Of a stretch of 64,000 nucleotides of DNA, positions 8,849 through 18,036 are shown one piece after another. The notes below the pieces were generated by a model that was not told the DNA's origin, ran no database searches, and was given only the letters and a program-made list of their open reading frames with translations. The stretch's first letter is position 1; each line of letters starts with the position of its first letter. This DNA is from a bacterium (lineage in GTDB: Bacteria > UBA8248), in assembly GCA_965204535.1 (NCBI GenBank), contig CBDBEV010000001.1:704001-768000 (forward strand), given 5' to 3'. The position numbers and the translations under genes are program-made.

Positions 8849-9877
8849 ATGGCCAAAGTCAGGCAAACCGAAAGGATAAGGGCGTATATCCTCGATAATG
8901 TTGAAGCGCACCCGCAGGATATCGCCAGGGCGACGTCCGAGAGATTCGGGGTTTCCAGGTCCGCCGTGAGCAAGCACTTGAGGTCGCTCGTTGATGGCGG
9001 TTTCCTGGAATCGAGCGGAACAACGAGTGCGCGCAGGTATTCTCTGCGAAAAATCCTGGATGAGAGCTGGGTGTTCAAGGTCGATGAAATCGAGGAAGAC
9101 CGCGTTTGGCGTGAATATGTACGACCCCACCTGAAAGAGCTTTCCGAGAACATATATGGCATTTGTTATTTCGGTTTCACGGAAATGCTGAATAATGTGA
9201 TTGACCATTCAGAGTCGAAAGAAGCCAGAGTTCACCTGTCCCGAACTGCAACGAACATTACGATAGATGTAATAGACGCAGGCGTCGGGATTTTCAGGAA
9301 GATTCAGTCGGAGTTCGACTTGCACGATCCCCGCCACGCCCTTTTGGAACTGTCGAAAGGAAAACTCACGACGGACGAGGCGAGGCACACCGGCGAAGGG
9401 ATATTTTATACCTCGCGAATGTTCGACAGGTTTTCCATCATCTCGGGTACCCTTTGCTTCATTCGTGAAAACGATGAGGACGACTGGCTGATTGAAACGT
9501 CGGAGGGAAAGAGCCTTCCAGGAACCATCATCAGGTTAGAAATAAAAACCAAGACGCAAAGAACGCCAGAAGAAATCTATGAGAAATTCGCTGCGGGAGA
9601 TGAGGGCTTTGATTTTTCCAGAACCCATGTTCCCCTGCAGCTTCTGTTGTATGAAGGAGAAGAGCTCATTTCCCGCTCTCAGGCCAAGAGGTTGTTGATG
9701 CGCCTCGATGGCTTCCGGGAAGTCCTTCTCGATTTCAAGGGGATACAGAGAATCGGTCAGGCGTTCGCGGATGAAATTTTCAGGGTCTATAAAAACGCGT
9801 ATCCCCAAGTAGAAGTCATAGCCGTCAGGGCAACCGAACACGTGCAGCAAATGATCGACCGGGCAAGACGCCGATGA
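8849..9877 (+). CDS. wHTH + histidine-kinase-like (GHKL) ATPase + STAS-like (DUF4325) protein
   Basis: HTH GVSRSAVSKHLRSL; EMLNNVIDHS, DAGVGI and HTGEGIF boxes; LISRSQAKR...LDFKGI..IGQAFADEIFR; GAGGT RBS before ATG 8849. Confidence 0.85.
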   Translation: MAKVRQTERIRAYILDNVEAHPQDIARATSERFGVSRSAVSKHLRSLVDGGFLESSGTTSARRYSLRKILDESWVFKVDEIEEDRVWREYVRPHLKELSENIYGICYFGFTEMLNNVIDHSESKEARVHLSRTATNITIDVIDAGVGIFRKIQSEFDLHDPRHALLELSKGKLTTDEARHTGEGIFYTSRMFDRFSIISGTLCFIRENDEDDWLIETSEGKSLPGTIIRLEIKTKTQRTPEEIYEKFAAGDEGFDFSRTHVPLQLLLYEGEELISRSQAKRLLMRLDGFREVLLDFKGIQRIGQAFADEIFRVYKNAYPQVEVIAVRATEHVQQMIDRARRR

Positions 9878-10005
9878 TGTCTATGTAAATCAAGAGGCAG
9901 CTTTTCGCGCCCGCCTCTCTCATCTACGCAGAGGCTTCATGTTGTTAAGCAACTTGGTGTCGTTGCTGATTTGCAGCCGATCGATGACCTCCTGAAATTC
10001 AAAGC

Positions 10006-10551
10006 TCACGAAGGCAAGTTCTCGTCGCCTTCGCCCAGGGCGCGCTGCATGATCACGCAGTCGAGCCATCGGCCGTGCTTGAAGCCGATGGACTTCAGGG
10101 TGCCGACGAGCCGGAACCCGGCGCGCTCGTGCAGCTTTATCGAGGCCGCATTCGCGCTGTCGCCGATGACGGCGACCATCTGGCGAAAGCCCTGGCGGGC
10201 GCATGCGTCGATCAGCCTGTCGAGCAGCGCAGCACCCAGCCCTTGGCGCATGATGCGATGATCGACGTAGACGGAATTTTCGACGGCGTGGCGGTACGCC
10301 GGCCTTCGGTGGTAGGGCGCTGCATAGGCGTAGCCGCAAACGACGCCCTCGACCTCCGCAGCGAGCCAGGGGAGGCCTTTCGCTCTGACGGCCCGGAAGC
10401 GGCGGCGGATCTCCTCGATGCCCGGCGGTTCCTCCTCGAACGTGGCCGTGCCGCACAGCACGTGGTGGGCGTATATCTCCCGGACCGCGGGCAGGTCATC
10501 TTCTGCGGCGTCGCGGACGAGCGGCCCCGCTTTCGAACCGGCCTTGCGCAA
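10006..10551 (-). CDS. GNAT N-acetyltransferase, phosphinothricin/methionine sulfoximine (YncA/MnaT) type
   Basis: ATFEEEPP, AYRHAVENSVYV, NAASIKLHERAGF and GFKHGRWLD motifs. Confidence 0.88.
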   Translation of the reverse strand: MRKAGSKAGPLVRDAAEDDLPAVREIYAHHVLCGTATFEEEPPGIEEIRRRFRAVRAKGLPWLAAEVEGVVCGYAYAAPYHRRPAYRHAVENSVYVDHRIMRQGLGAALLDRLIDACARQGFRQMVAVIGDSANAASIKLHERAGFRLVGTLKSIGFKHGRWLDCVIMQRALGEGDENLPS

Positions 10552-10626
10552 CCTTTCTCCCTCCCGGCTTTCGGGGATTCACGAATCCGGCGCCCCGGGC
10601 GTCCGATCTTACGTCTCATGCCTGCG

Positions 10627-11385
10627 TCACGCCATGGGAATCATATATCGCCGCATGAGCCTGTGGATGGTCATGCGGAAGAGCTGGTCGGTGATGAGGC
10701 CGAACGAGCCCAGCATCAGGAACCCGACGAACATCTCGGCGGGCGCGATGATGTTCGTGCTCTGCATGATGAGGAAGCCGATGCCCTGGTCGGCGGCGAG
10801 CATCTCCGCGGCCACGACGCCCATGAAGGAGAAGCCCAGCGCAAGCCTGAGCCCGGTGAGGATGTGGGGCCAGGCCGAAGGCAGGACGACCCGCACGAAG
10901 ATGTCTTGTTTGCGCGCGCCCAGGCAGAGGGCGGCCCGGACCCGAATCTGAGGCGTGGAGGCAACGCCCGCCGCTGTGTTGAACAGCACCGCGATCCCCG
11001 CGGCGTAGGAGATGATGAAGTACTTTCCGATCTCGCCGATGCCGAAGATCGAGACGACCAGCGGAATGAGGGCCACCGGCGGGATGTTCCGGCAGAACTC
11101 GAGCGGCGGCTCGATGAGGTCGCGGGCCAGTCGAATCGCCCCGGTCGCCACGCCGACCACGATTCCGATGACGCAGCCCAGGGCGTAGCCCAGGACGATG
11201 CGCCGCAGGCTCGCTCCGAGGTGGGCGAACAGTTCGGTGTTCCAGATCATCTCGGCGAGTTTCCCGGCCACCGAGACGGGAGAGGGCACGATAGCCTCCT
11301 CGAAGAAGGTCCCGCTCGACGTCCACCAGACCCCTGTGAACACCAGGATCGAAACCGACAGCCTCGCCAATTTGCCCGCATTCAT
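10627..11385 (-). CDS. ABC transporter permease (SsuC/TauC type), second permease
   Basis: IPPVALIP, EAA-like AALCLGA, VLPSAWPHILTGLR, VVAAEM. Confidence 0.9.
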   Translation of the reverse strand: MNAGKLARLSVSILVFTGVWWTSSGTFFEEAIVPSPVSVAGKLAEMIWNTELFAHLGASLRRIVLGYALGCVIGIVVGVATGAIRLARDLIEPPLEFCRNIPPVALIPLVVSIFGIGEIGKYFIISYAAGIAVLFNTAAGVASTPQIRVRAALCLGARKQDIFVRVVLPSAWPHILTGLRLALGFSFMGVVAAEMLAADQGIGFLIMQSTNIIAPAEMFVGFLMLGSFGLITDQLFRMTIHRLMRRYMIPMA

Positions 11386-11408
11386 TCGTCCCGACCTCCC
11401 ATGGCGTA

Positions 11409-12176
11409 TCAGTCGAACGCGGCCGTCTGCAGCATGTAGCGCCGCATGAGCCTGCCGATGGTGAACTGGAAGGCGCGATCCGTGACAAGCCCGATCAGGC
11501 CCAGCAGGAACAGCCCCGAGAACATCTGCTCGGGCAGCAGCATGTTCCGGCTTTGCATGATGAGGTAGCCCACGCCGGACTCGGCCGCGATCATCTCAGC
11601 GGCCACCACCCCCATGAACGCGAAGCCGAGCGCGACCCTGAGCCCGGTGAGGATGAACGGCCAGGCCGAGGGCAGCACCACGCGCACGAAGATGTCCCAG
11701 CGCCCCGCGCCCAGGCACATGGCCGCGCGAACGCGAATCTGCGGGGTCGACGCCACCCCCGCCGCGGTGTTGAAGACGACCGGAATGATGGTCGAATAGA
11801 TGATGACGAAATACTTGCTGGGCTCCTCCAGGCCGAAGGCGTTCACCGCCAGCGGGATGATGGCGACAGGCGTGATGTTGCGCACGAACTGAAGGGGGGG
11901 CTCCAGCATGTCTTCGGCAATCCGGATCCGCGCGACGGCGACGCCCGTGAGAATCCCCAGGACGGAGCCCAAGGCGTAACCGACGATCACGCGCCGGAGG
12001 CTGGCCCAGGCGTGAAAGAGTATCTCGCCGTCCGCCGTCATCTCCCAGAGGTGCACGGCGACCTTGTGCGGCGCGGGAACCAGGATCGGGTTGAAGAGGG
12101 TGCCGCTGCTCAGCCACCACAGGGAGAACGCCGCGGCGACCGAGAGCGTTCTCCAGAAGACCATCCGGCGGCTCAC
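11409..12176 (-). CDS. ABC transporter permease (SsuC/TauC type), first permease
   Basis: Paralogous motifs ITPVAIIP, VLPSAWPFILTGLR, VVAAEM. Confidence 0.9.
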   Translation of the reverse strand: MSRRMVFWRTLSVAAAFSLWWLSSGTLFNPILVPAPHKVAVHLWEMTADGEILFHAWASLRRVIVGYALGSVLGILTGVAVARIRIAEDMLEPPLQFVRNITPVAIIPLAVNAFGLEEPSKYFVIIYSTIIPVVFNTAAGVASTPQIRVRAAMCLGAGRWDIFVRVVLPSAWPFILTGLRVALGFAFMGVVAAEMIAAESGVGYLIMQSRNMLLPEQMFSGLFLLGLIGLVTDRAFQFTIGRLMRRYMLQTAAFD

Positions 12177-12958
12177 CGGGCGCGCATCCTCTGCACTTCT
12201 TCGTCGATGAGCGTCTCGACCCGGCTGTACATGGCGGCGAAATCGGGATTCGACGGAGAGCGGGGTTCTTCCAGGTCGAGCTGGAAGACCTCCTTGATCC
12301 CCGCCTTGGGACCTGCCGTCATCACCGCCAGATGGGTGCTTAGCAGAAGCGCCTCGAAGATGTCGTGGGTGATGTAGAAAATGGTCTTGCCCGTCTCGGA
12401 CCAGATTTTACGGAATTCGACCTGGAGGTGTTTCTTCGTGATCGCGTCGAGCGCCGCGAAAGGCTCGTCCATGAGGAGGATGTCCGGGTCGTTCGCCAGC
12501 GCGCGGGCGATCTGGATGCGCTGCTTCATCCCGCCCGAGAGCTCGAAGGGGAACTTCCCGGCGTCGGCGTCGAGGCCCACGAGCCGAAGGTACTTCTCGG
12601 CCCGCTCATTGCGCTCCCCGGCGCCGAGACGGGCCATCTTCGGGCCGAACTCCACGTTTTCGCGCGCGTTCATCCATGGGAAAAGAGCGTTGCTGACGTC
12701 CTGGAAGATGACCGTCCTGTCCGTTCCGGGTCCGGTGACGGGCCTGTCGTCGAGGGATGCGCCTCCCGTCGTCGCCCCCTCGAAGCCGGCGACGATGTTG
12801 AGGAGGGTGGATTTGCCGCACCCGCTCGGTCCGAGGAGGGTGAAGAAAGCTCCCCGCTCCACGGTCAGGGTGACGTCCCGCAACACCTGCGCGACGCCCC
12901 CGTCGGCGCGGGTGAAATCCTTCCCCACGCCCTCCAGGCGTAAGACCCGCCAACTCAC
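12173..12958 (-). CDS. ABC transporter ATP-binding protein (SsuB/TauB type)
   Basis: Walker A GPSGCGKST, LSGGMKQR signature, LLMDEPF. Confidence 0.93.
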   Translation of the reverse strand: MSWRVLRLEGVGKDFTRADGGVAQVLRDVTLTVERGAFFTLLGPSGCGKSTLLNIVAGFEGATTGGASLDDRPVTGPGTDRTVIFQDVSNALFPWMNARENVEFGPKMARLGAGERNERAEKYLRLVGLDADAGKFPFELSGGMKQRIQIARALANDPDILLMDEPFAALDAITKKHLQVEFRKIWSETGKTIFYITHDIFEALLLSTHLAVMTAGPKAGIKEVFQLDLEEPRSPSNPDFAAMYSRVETLIDEEVQRMRAR

Positions 12959-13033
12959 TCCGCCTCCTCGTCCCCGCCCCCGGCCGCCGCTCGGCCGGTC
13001 GGAGACGGGGGAAACAGCGTTTTCGTCCCTTGC

Positions 13034-14023
13034 CTACTTGATGAGCTTGGGGCTCACCGACTTCAGCCCCCGCGTGTCGAAGAGCTTGCCCCAGTCCACC
13101 TTGGCCTTCGACTTGCCCTTCGAGATCATGAAGTTGTTGAGGGAGTCCATGTCTTTACGGAATTGCGCCGTATAGGACACGTCCATGTTCATGACCGCGA
13201 TCATCCGCTTGGCCTTGTCCGCGGGGACCTTGAACTCCTTGCCCACGATCTTCGACGCTTCGTCGACGTTCTTCGCGGAGAACTCGGCGCCCTGCATCGT
13301 CCCCTTGATCAGCGCCGTCACGGCGTCGAAGTCGTTGTCGATGAGGTCCTTGCGGGCGGACGTGACCATGTACTCGGTGAAGAAGCCCTTGCCCGTGCTC
13401 AGGATGTGCACCTTTTTCGCGCCCGAAACCTCGACCGACCGCCAGCCGAAGGGCTGCCAGATGGTGAAGCCGTCCAGGTCGCCCCCGTCGAGGGCGACGA
13501 CCATCTCGGCCGGCTTGACGTTCTTGTACTTCACGTCGGAGAGCTTGACGCCGTTCGCGTCGAGATACTTGGCCGCGAAGAACTCCGACGTCGTCCCCAG
13601 CCATACGCCCATCGTCTTGCCGATGAAATCCTTGGCGCTCTTGATCGATTTCTTGGCGACCACCACCGAAAGCTCGGTGTAGTGCGCGGAGGGGTGGACC
13701 CCCACGATCTTGCCCTTGGTCTGGAGCCAGGTGCGTACGGCGGGCCAGTCGCCCGTGTTGACGAAGTCTCCGCGTCCCGCGATGAACGACTGCGCGGCGA
13801 CGCCGCCCGAGGTGAAGTGCTTGAGTTTCACGTTGAGTCCCAGCTTCTTGTAGAACCCCTTGTGGACTGCCGTCACCATCGGAGCGAACTGGGGCGTGGA
13901 GCCGATGAGATAGGTGTACTGGGACTTCTTGGGCGCCGCCTCTGCCGGAACGGCCGCAACCAGTGCGAACGCTACCAGTAGAATCAGCGCGAATCCGAAC
14001 ATCCTGTTTGCCGTGTGACGCAT
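13034..14023 (-). CDS. ABC transporter substrate-binding protein (SsuA/NMT1-like)
   Basis: Signal peptide; FTSG, GTTSEF and DGFTIWQP motifs; first gene of the ABC operon. Confidence 0.88.
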   Translation of the reverse strand: MRHTANRMFGFALILLVAFALVAAVPAEAAPKKSQYTYLIGSTPQFAPMVTAVHKGFYKKLGLNVKLKHFTSGGVAAQSFIAGRGDFVNTGDWPAVRTWLQTKGKIVGVHPSAHYTELSVVVAKKSIKSAKDFIGKTMGVWLGTTSEFFAAKYLDANGVKLSDVKYKNVKPAEMVVALDGGDLDGFTIWQPFGWRSVEVSGAKKVHILSTGKGFFTEYMVTSARKDLIDNDFDAVTALIKGTMQGAEFSAKNVDEASKIVGKEFKVPADKAKRMIAVMNMDVSYTAQFRKDMDSLNNFMISKGKSKAKVDWGKLFDTRGLKSVSPKLIK

Positions 14024-14120
14024 AGCTCAACCTCCCTGTAGTGATTGCCTCGAAAAGCGAACTTCTTCAGGAACTTCCTCAAACGTCCAGGTGAAACCCG
14101 GGTTCCCCTTCTCCGGAACA

Positions 14121-14355
14121 GCAACCCCCCCTTCCCCCCCTTATCAGGGGGGTTTTTTCTTATCCCCCTTGTCAGGGGGGCCTTCTTTTTTACCCCCTTT
14201 GTCTGGAGGGCAGGAAAAAACAAAAACCCCTCTACCGGCGGCGGGCGTCGCCTTTTCATACCCCCCTGTCAAGGGGGGGTAGGGGGGGGTTGCCTTTCCA
14301 GAAGAAAGGAGCGTTCTCTCTGCCCCCCTGAAAAGGGGTCTTTTTCAACAACCTC
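14121..14355. repeat. Cluster of CCCCCCTTGTCAGGGGGG hairpin repeats with one IS-like end
   Basis: Several C6-(TT)G(T/A)CA-G6 palindromes; core CCCTCTACCGGCGGCGGGC..CGCCTTTTCATAC; ends TTTTTCAACAACCTC (14341-14355). Confidence 0.8.
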
Positions 14356-14385
14356 GGCTATCCGTCGCCTCCCGCCTCCCGCGGT

Positions 14386-15741
14386 TCAGAGCGTGACCGT
14401 GCTATGGCGCTGCTCTTCGATCTTCCGCTTGATGTGGGGGAGGATTTCCTCCTTCGGCCTGCCGCAAACTTCGAGCAGCAGGCTCGCATAGACCTTCGTG
14501 GTGTGGTAGAGGTCTTCGAGGCTCACGTGCTCGCCGATGTTCGGGTCCCACCCCGGGACGCCTGAGCGCGTCCGGCCCGAGGGTCCGTAGTTGAGGGTGG
14601 GAACGCCGTAGCGCGTGATGTGGGAGGCGTCCGATATCCAGCCCTCGGTCACCGTTTCCGGGTCCCGGCCGTGCACCGACTTGTGGGCGCGCTTGATGGC
14701 GCCGTAGATGTATTCGTCATCTTCGATCTCGGCCCCCGGGTTGGACATGTACATCTCCAGATCCACCTTGAGGTCGGGGTCTCCCGCCACGATCTCCTCG
14801 ATGATGTCCTCGATCTCGCGCTTGATCTCCAGGGGGTGCTGCCTGGGGAGGAGGCGCGTATCCATATACAGGTTGCAGAAGACGGGGGTGCGGCTGCACC
14901 GCCAGGGCCAGCCGCCCTCGATGGCCGCAATGTTCACGTTGGCGTGCGAGTTGCCGTAGGGGTGCGCTTCGCGGTACTTGGGCGCCCAGCGCTCCAGGGC
15001 GTCGAGGATTTTCTTCATCTTCAGGATGGCGTTGACCGCGTTGTGCGCGTAGGTCGTGTGGGCCGGCGTCCCGTAGACGGTGATCTTGTGGTAGACGTAG
15101 CCCATGTGGCCGAGAACCACCCGCATCTCGGACGGCTCGCCGATGACCGCCATGTCGGCGGTGCCGCCGTGGGTGGCCAGATAGCAGGCCCCGCAGCCGC
15201 CGCCCCGGTAGTGCTTGCCCTGGTACTGGTCGACCGCGCCCATCTCGATCTCGCCGCCCACCGCCCCGACGGTGACGTTCCCCTTGAGCTTGACGCCCGC
15301 GTCCTGGATGGCGTTCAGGGCCTCGACGTAGCAGGCGATCGCGCCCTTCATGTTGTAGATGCCCAGGCCGTATATCCACTCCTCGCCCGTGGCGGGGTCC
15401 GTTTCGCTCCAGGCGCTGGGCTGGTAGGCGGGGAGCTTGGGGAGGCCGGGTTCCTTGCCCGAGTAGGAGGTGTCGATATGTCCGCAGAAGAGGAACTCGA
15501 TGCCGGTGCCGTCGCCCTTGAGCGTCCCCAGCGCGTTGAACCGTTCCGTCTCGAATTCCTGGAGGCGCGAGATGAGCCCGATGGATTCGTAGTGCTCGCC
15601 GAGGAAGCGGGCGATCTCCTCTTCCTCTCCCGTGGGGCTCCAGATGTCGACCAGGTCCATCCCCAGCTTCTTGAGGCGCCCCTTGTCGATAGCCGCCCAG
15701 ACCTTCTCCCGATGTTCGGGCATACCCGCCGCCTGTTCCAT
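14386..15741 (-). CDS. M20-family metallo-amidohydrolase (ArgE/DapE-like)
   Basis: CGHIDT, YGLGIYNMKG, GGEIE, VIGEPS and C-terminal EHVSLEDL; start moved to ATG 15741 (GGAG RBS). Confidence 0.85.
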   Translation of the reverse strand: MEQAAGMPEHREKVWAAIDKGRLKKLGMDLVDIWSPTGEEEEIARFLGEHYESIGLISRLQEFETERFNALGTLKGDGTGIEFLFCGHIDTSYSGKEPGLPKLPAYQPSAWSETDPATGEEWIYGLGIYNMKGAIACYVEALNAIQDAGVKLKGNVTVGAVGGEIEMGAVDQYQGKHYRGGGCGACYLATHGGTADMAVIGEPSEMRVVLGHMGYVYHKITVYGTPAHTTYAHNAVNAILKMKKILDALERWAPKYREAHPYGNSHANVNIAAIEGGWPWRCSRTPVFCNLYMDTRLLPRQHPLEIKREIEDIIEEIVAGDPDLKVDLEMYMSNPGAEIEDDEYIYGAIKRAHKSVHGRDPETVTEGWISDASHITRYGVPTLNYGPSGRTRSGVPGWDPNIGEHVSLEDLYHTTKVYASLLLEVCGRPKEEILPHIKRKIEEQRHSTVTL

Positions 15742-15986
15742 ATAACCACTCCCTCTCCTGGCCGAACCGGAGCCCGGCGGACACGGACCGCGAAGAGACG
15801 GCGGGGAAACGGGGCCATATCGCATGAAGCAAAAACGACGTGAAAATCGTGGTCCCGCCTCGATTCCGCATCGCTCGCTCGCGATCTCAAGCGCGCTTTA
15901 TATTCTGTATGTACCTGACACTAGCACAATATATGCGCGGATTAAACCACGCGCGAGGCGCCTGCTCCCCGAAATCCCGGTTCGAG

Positions 15987-16502
15987 GGGGTGATGAAAAA
16001 GCCTTTGTCAAAGGAGCAACCCCCCCCTACCCCCCCTTGTCAGGGGGGCAAAAAAAGAAAACCCCCCTCGCCGGGGGCGCCGCCTTTACCTCCCTGAGGA
16101 GCGTCCGGGCGTAGACGACGGAAAGCGAATTCCTGTCGAGGGGTTTTGACTTTACCCCCCTGACAAGGGGGGTAGGGGGGGTTGGTTTTCGAGTCGAGGA
16201 GCATTTTCAACGGCCCCTGGCAAGAGAGGTGGACGAAAAGCCCCCGGGAAGCGATTTTGAATTTCACTCCCCCCTTGAGGGGGTCGGGCTTCCCGAGGGG
16301 AAAGCCCGACAGAGGCCGAGTTCTTTGGACGAAGGCCGATGTGGTGGGGGGACATGCCACAGAAAAAGCTCCCCCCACCGACTCGCTTGCGGGCTTCGCC
16401 CTTACCTCGTCGACTCCCCCTCAAGGGGGGAGTTGATTTGAAATTCTCTTTGGTGGATAGGCCTCGCTGCAGACGTCAAGTACTGACTATTTCAACAACC
16501 CC
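15987..16502. repeat. Composite MITE/REP region: hairpin family A (16017-16182) plus AATCACTCCCCC family element (16260-16438), bounded by IS-like ends
   Basis: GGGGTGATGAAAAA (15987), TTTTCAACGGCCCC (16204), TTTCAACAACCCC (16490); internal palindromes homologous to 14121, 52584 and 1578. Confidence 0.8.
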
Positions 16503-16523
16503 CGAAAGGACTCGACTCCTCCC

Positions 16524-17795
16524 TCAATCCGGGATGTAGGCCGCGAGCGACGCCAGGATCCGGCATCCGGGCACGGGCATGGGGGTGGCGGTCTGCGCGC
16601 TCATGTTCACCGGCGGCGCGTCCGCGAATGCACTGCCCCAGATTTCGAACGCCCCGTGCAGGTCAGCCATGTCGCAGAACACGGTCTGGCTTCTCACGAC
16701 GTCGGCGAGGCTCCCGCCCGCCGCGCGGCAGATGGCGTCCGCGTTTTTGAGGATGTATTCGGTCTGGCGTTTGACGGGCGAGGAATGCCAGGGGAGGCCC
16801 GGGTTCACGCGAACCTCGGGCGCCAGGCCGCTTTCGCCGGCGGCAATCTGCGTCGAAAGCCACAGATAAGGCCCCGTCTTGACGGCGTGCGGCTCATGGA
16901 AGAGGGGCGGCGGGGCATCGGGCGAATGAATCGTTTGGCGTTCCAAACCGCCGTCCGGACGCAGGGAGATGGAACTGACCTCGATGCGCGCGCCGCCGAT
17001 GGCCAGATCGTCGCAGGGGATGACGCTGCGCGCGGGCGGAGCGTCGCCAAAGAACTCGCGCCACACGAGGTCCACCGCCGGGAGGTCCTCCATGTGGGTG
17101 AGGTAGACGGAAGTCTGGACGATGTCGCCCAGGTCGAGGCCGAGTTCGTTCAGCACCTTCTGCTTGGTGCGGAGGATGTACTCGGTCTGGCGCTTGATGG
17201 CGGACTGGTGCCAGAAAACCGGGTCGACGCGGGCGTCGGGGTGAATCCCGGTCGCGTAGTCGGTGGCGATCATGCCCGGCATGAGCACGAAAGGACCTGC
17301 GGACTGGGCCGCGGGGTAGCCCGTGAGGGACTTGGGCACGATTTCCAAGTCGTGCGTCCGCTTCTCCCATCCCGAGCCGGGCTTGAGCGCGAAGCCGTCG
17401 CACACGATGAGCGCACCGGGCACTTCGAGGGTGCGCGCCACCACCCGCGTGCTGGTCGGGTGCGCCTTCGACATGTAAGCCTGCCGCGTCGCGGAATACC
17501 ACGCGGCCTCCTCGCGGCCGGTGATGAACTGCTCGATGCGGATCAGGTCCTCGAAACCGAGACCTGCTGATTCGAGGATTTCCCCCATCCGCCGGAGTAT
17601 GACGTGGGTCTGCCGCGCCATCGGCGGAGGACCGGCGAACGGGTTGTCGGGGTCCACCGCGGCCTCGGGCGCGACGCCGGTGGCGTAGTCCGTCGCCATC
17701 TGTCCGGCGAAAAAGAGCAGGTGTTCGGTCTCGATGGCCTCTGACTGCGCTTTCGGGGAGGCCGGGCAGTCTCCTGGAACGATCACGCGCTTCAT
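16524..17795 (-). CDS. Rid (YjgF/UK114) family protein with three tandem Rid domains
   Basis: Three repeats of G/T-Q/M-x-A...RQT..IL...D.V/I...PP..S; FFGDAPPARSVI in domain 2. Confidence 0.85.
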   Translation of the reverse strand: MKRVIVPGDCPASPKAQSEAIETEHLLFFAGQMATDYATGVAPEAAVDPDNPFAGPPPMARQTHVILRRMGEILESAGLGFEDLIRIEQFITGREEAAWYSATRQAYMSKAHPTSTRVVARTLEVPGALIVCDGFALKPGSGWEKRTHDLEIVPKSLTGYPAAQSAGPFVLMPGMIATDYATGIHPDARVDPVFWHQSAIKRQTEYILRTKQKVLNELGLDLGDIVQTSVYLTHMEDLPAVDLVWREFFGDAPPARSVIPCDDLAIGGARIEVSSISLRPDGGLERQTIHSPDAPPPLFHEPHAVKTGPYLWLSTQIAAGESGLAPEVRVNPGLPWHSSPVKRQTEYILKNADAICRAAGGSLADVVRSQTVFCDMADLHGAFEIWGSAFADAPPVNMSAQTATPMPVPGCRILASLAAYIPD

Positions 17796-18036
17796 GGTTT
17801 CTCCTCATAGGGGGTCCGGTAAAGCCGGGGGGTTGCCCGACTGGCCCTGGCTTTTTGTCGATGGCTTCGGGAACGAGTATAGCCGAATTATGAACCCGAA
17901 TGCGTGAAGAGGGAAGGGGGGATTGAATGGAAGGTGGGGGAGGTTATGGAGTTTTTTGTGCTAATTTTAGCAACCCTACCCTCACGCTCACGATTGGAAC
18001 TTTTTCATCTGCACTTTGTTAGCTGGCGCTCTTCTT

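Noticed and set aside
9920-10005. Possible gene tail FEFQEVIDRLQISNDTKLLNNMKPLRR-stop
   Set aside because: Too short to assign and has no start of its own
14121-16502. Possible CRISPR array in the C/G-run repeats
   Set aside because: Repeats are inverted hairpins with irregular spacing and conserved cores; no unique spacers and no cas genes
17955-18036. Integron attC-like GCTAAC after the helicase stop
   Set aside because: No matching GTTRRRY arm or attC fold, and no integrase
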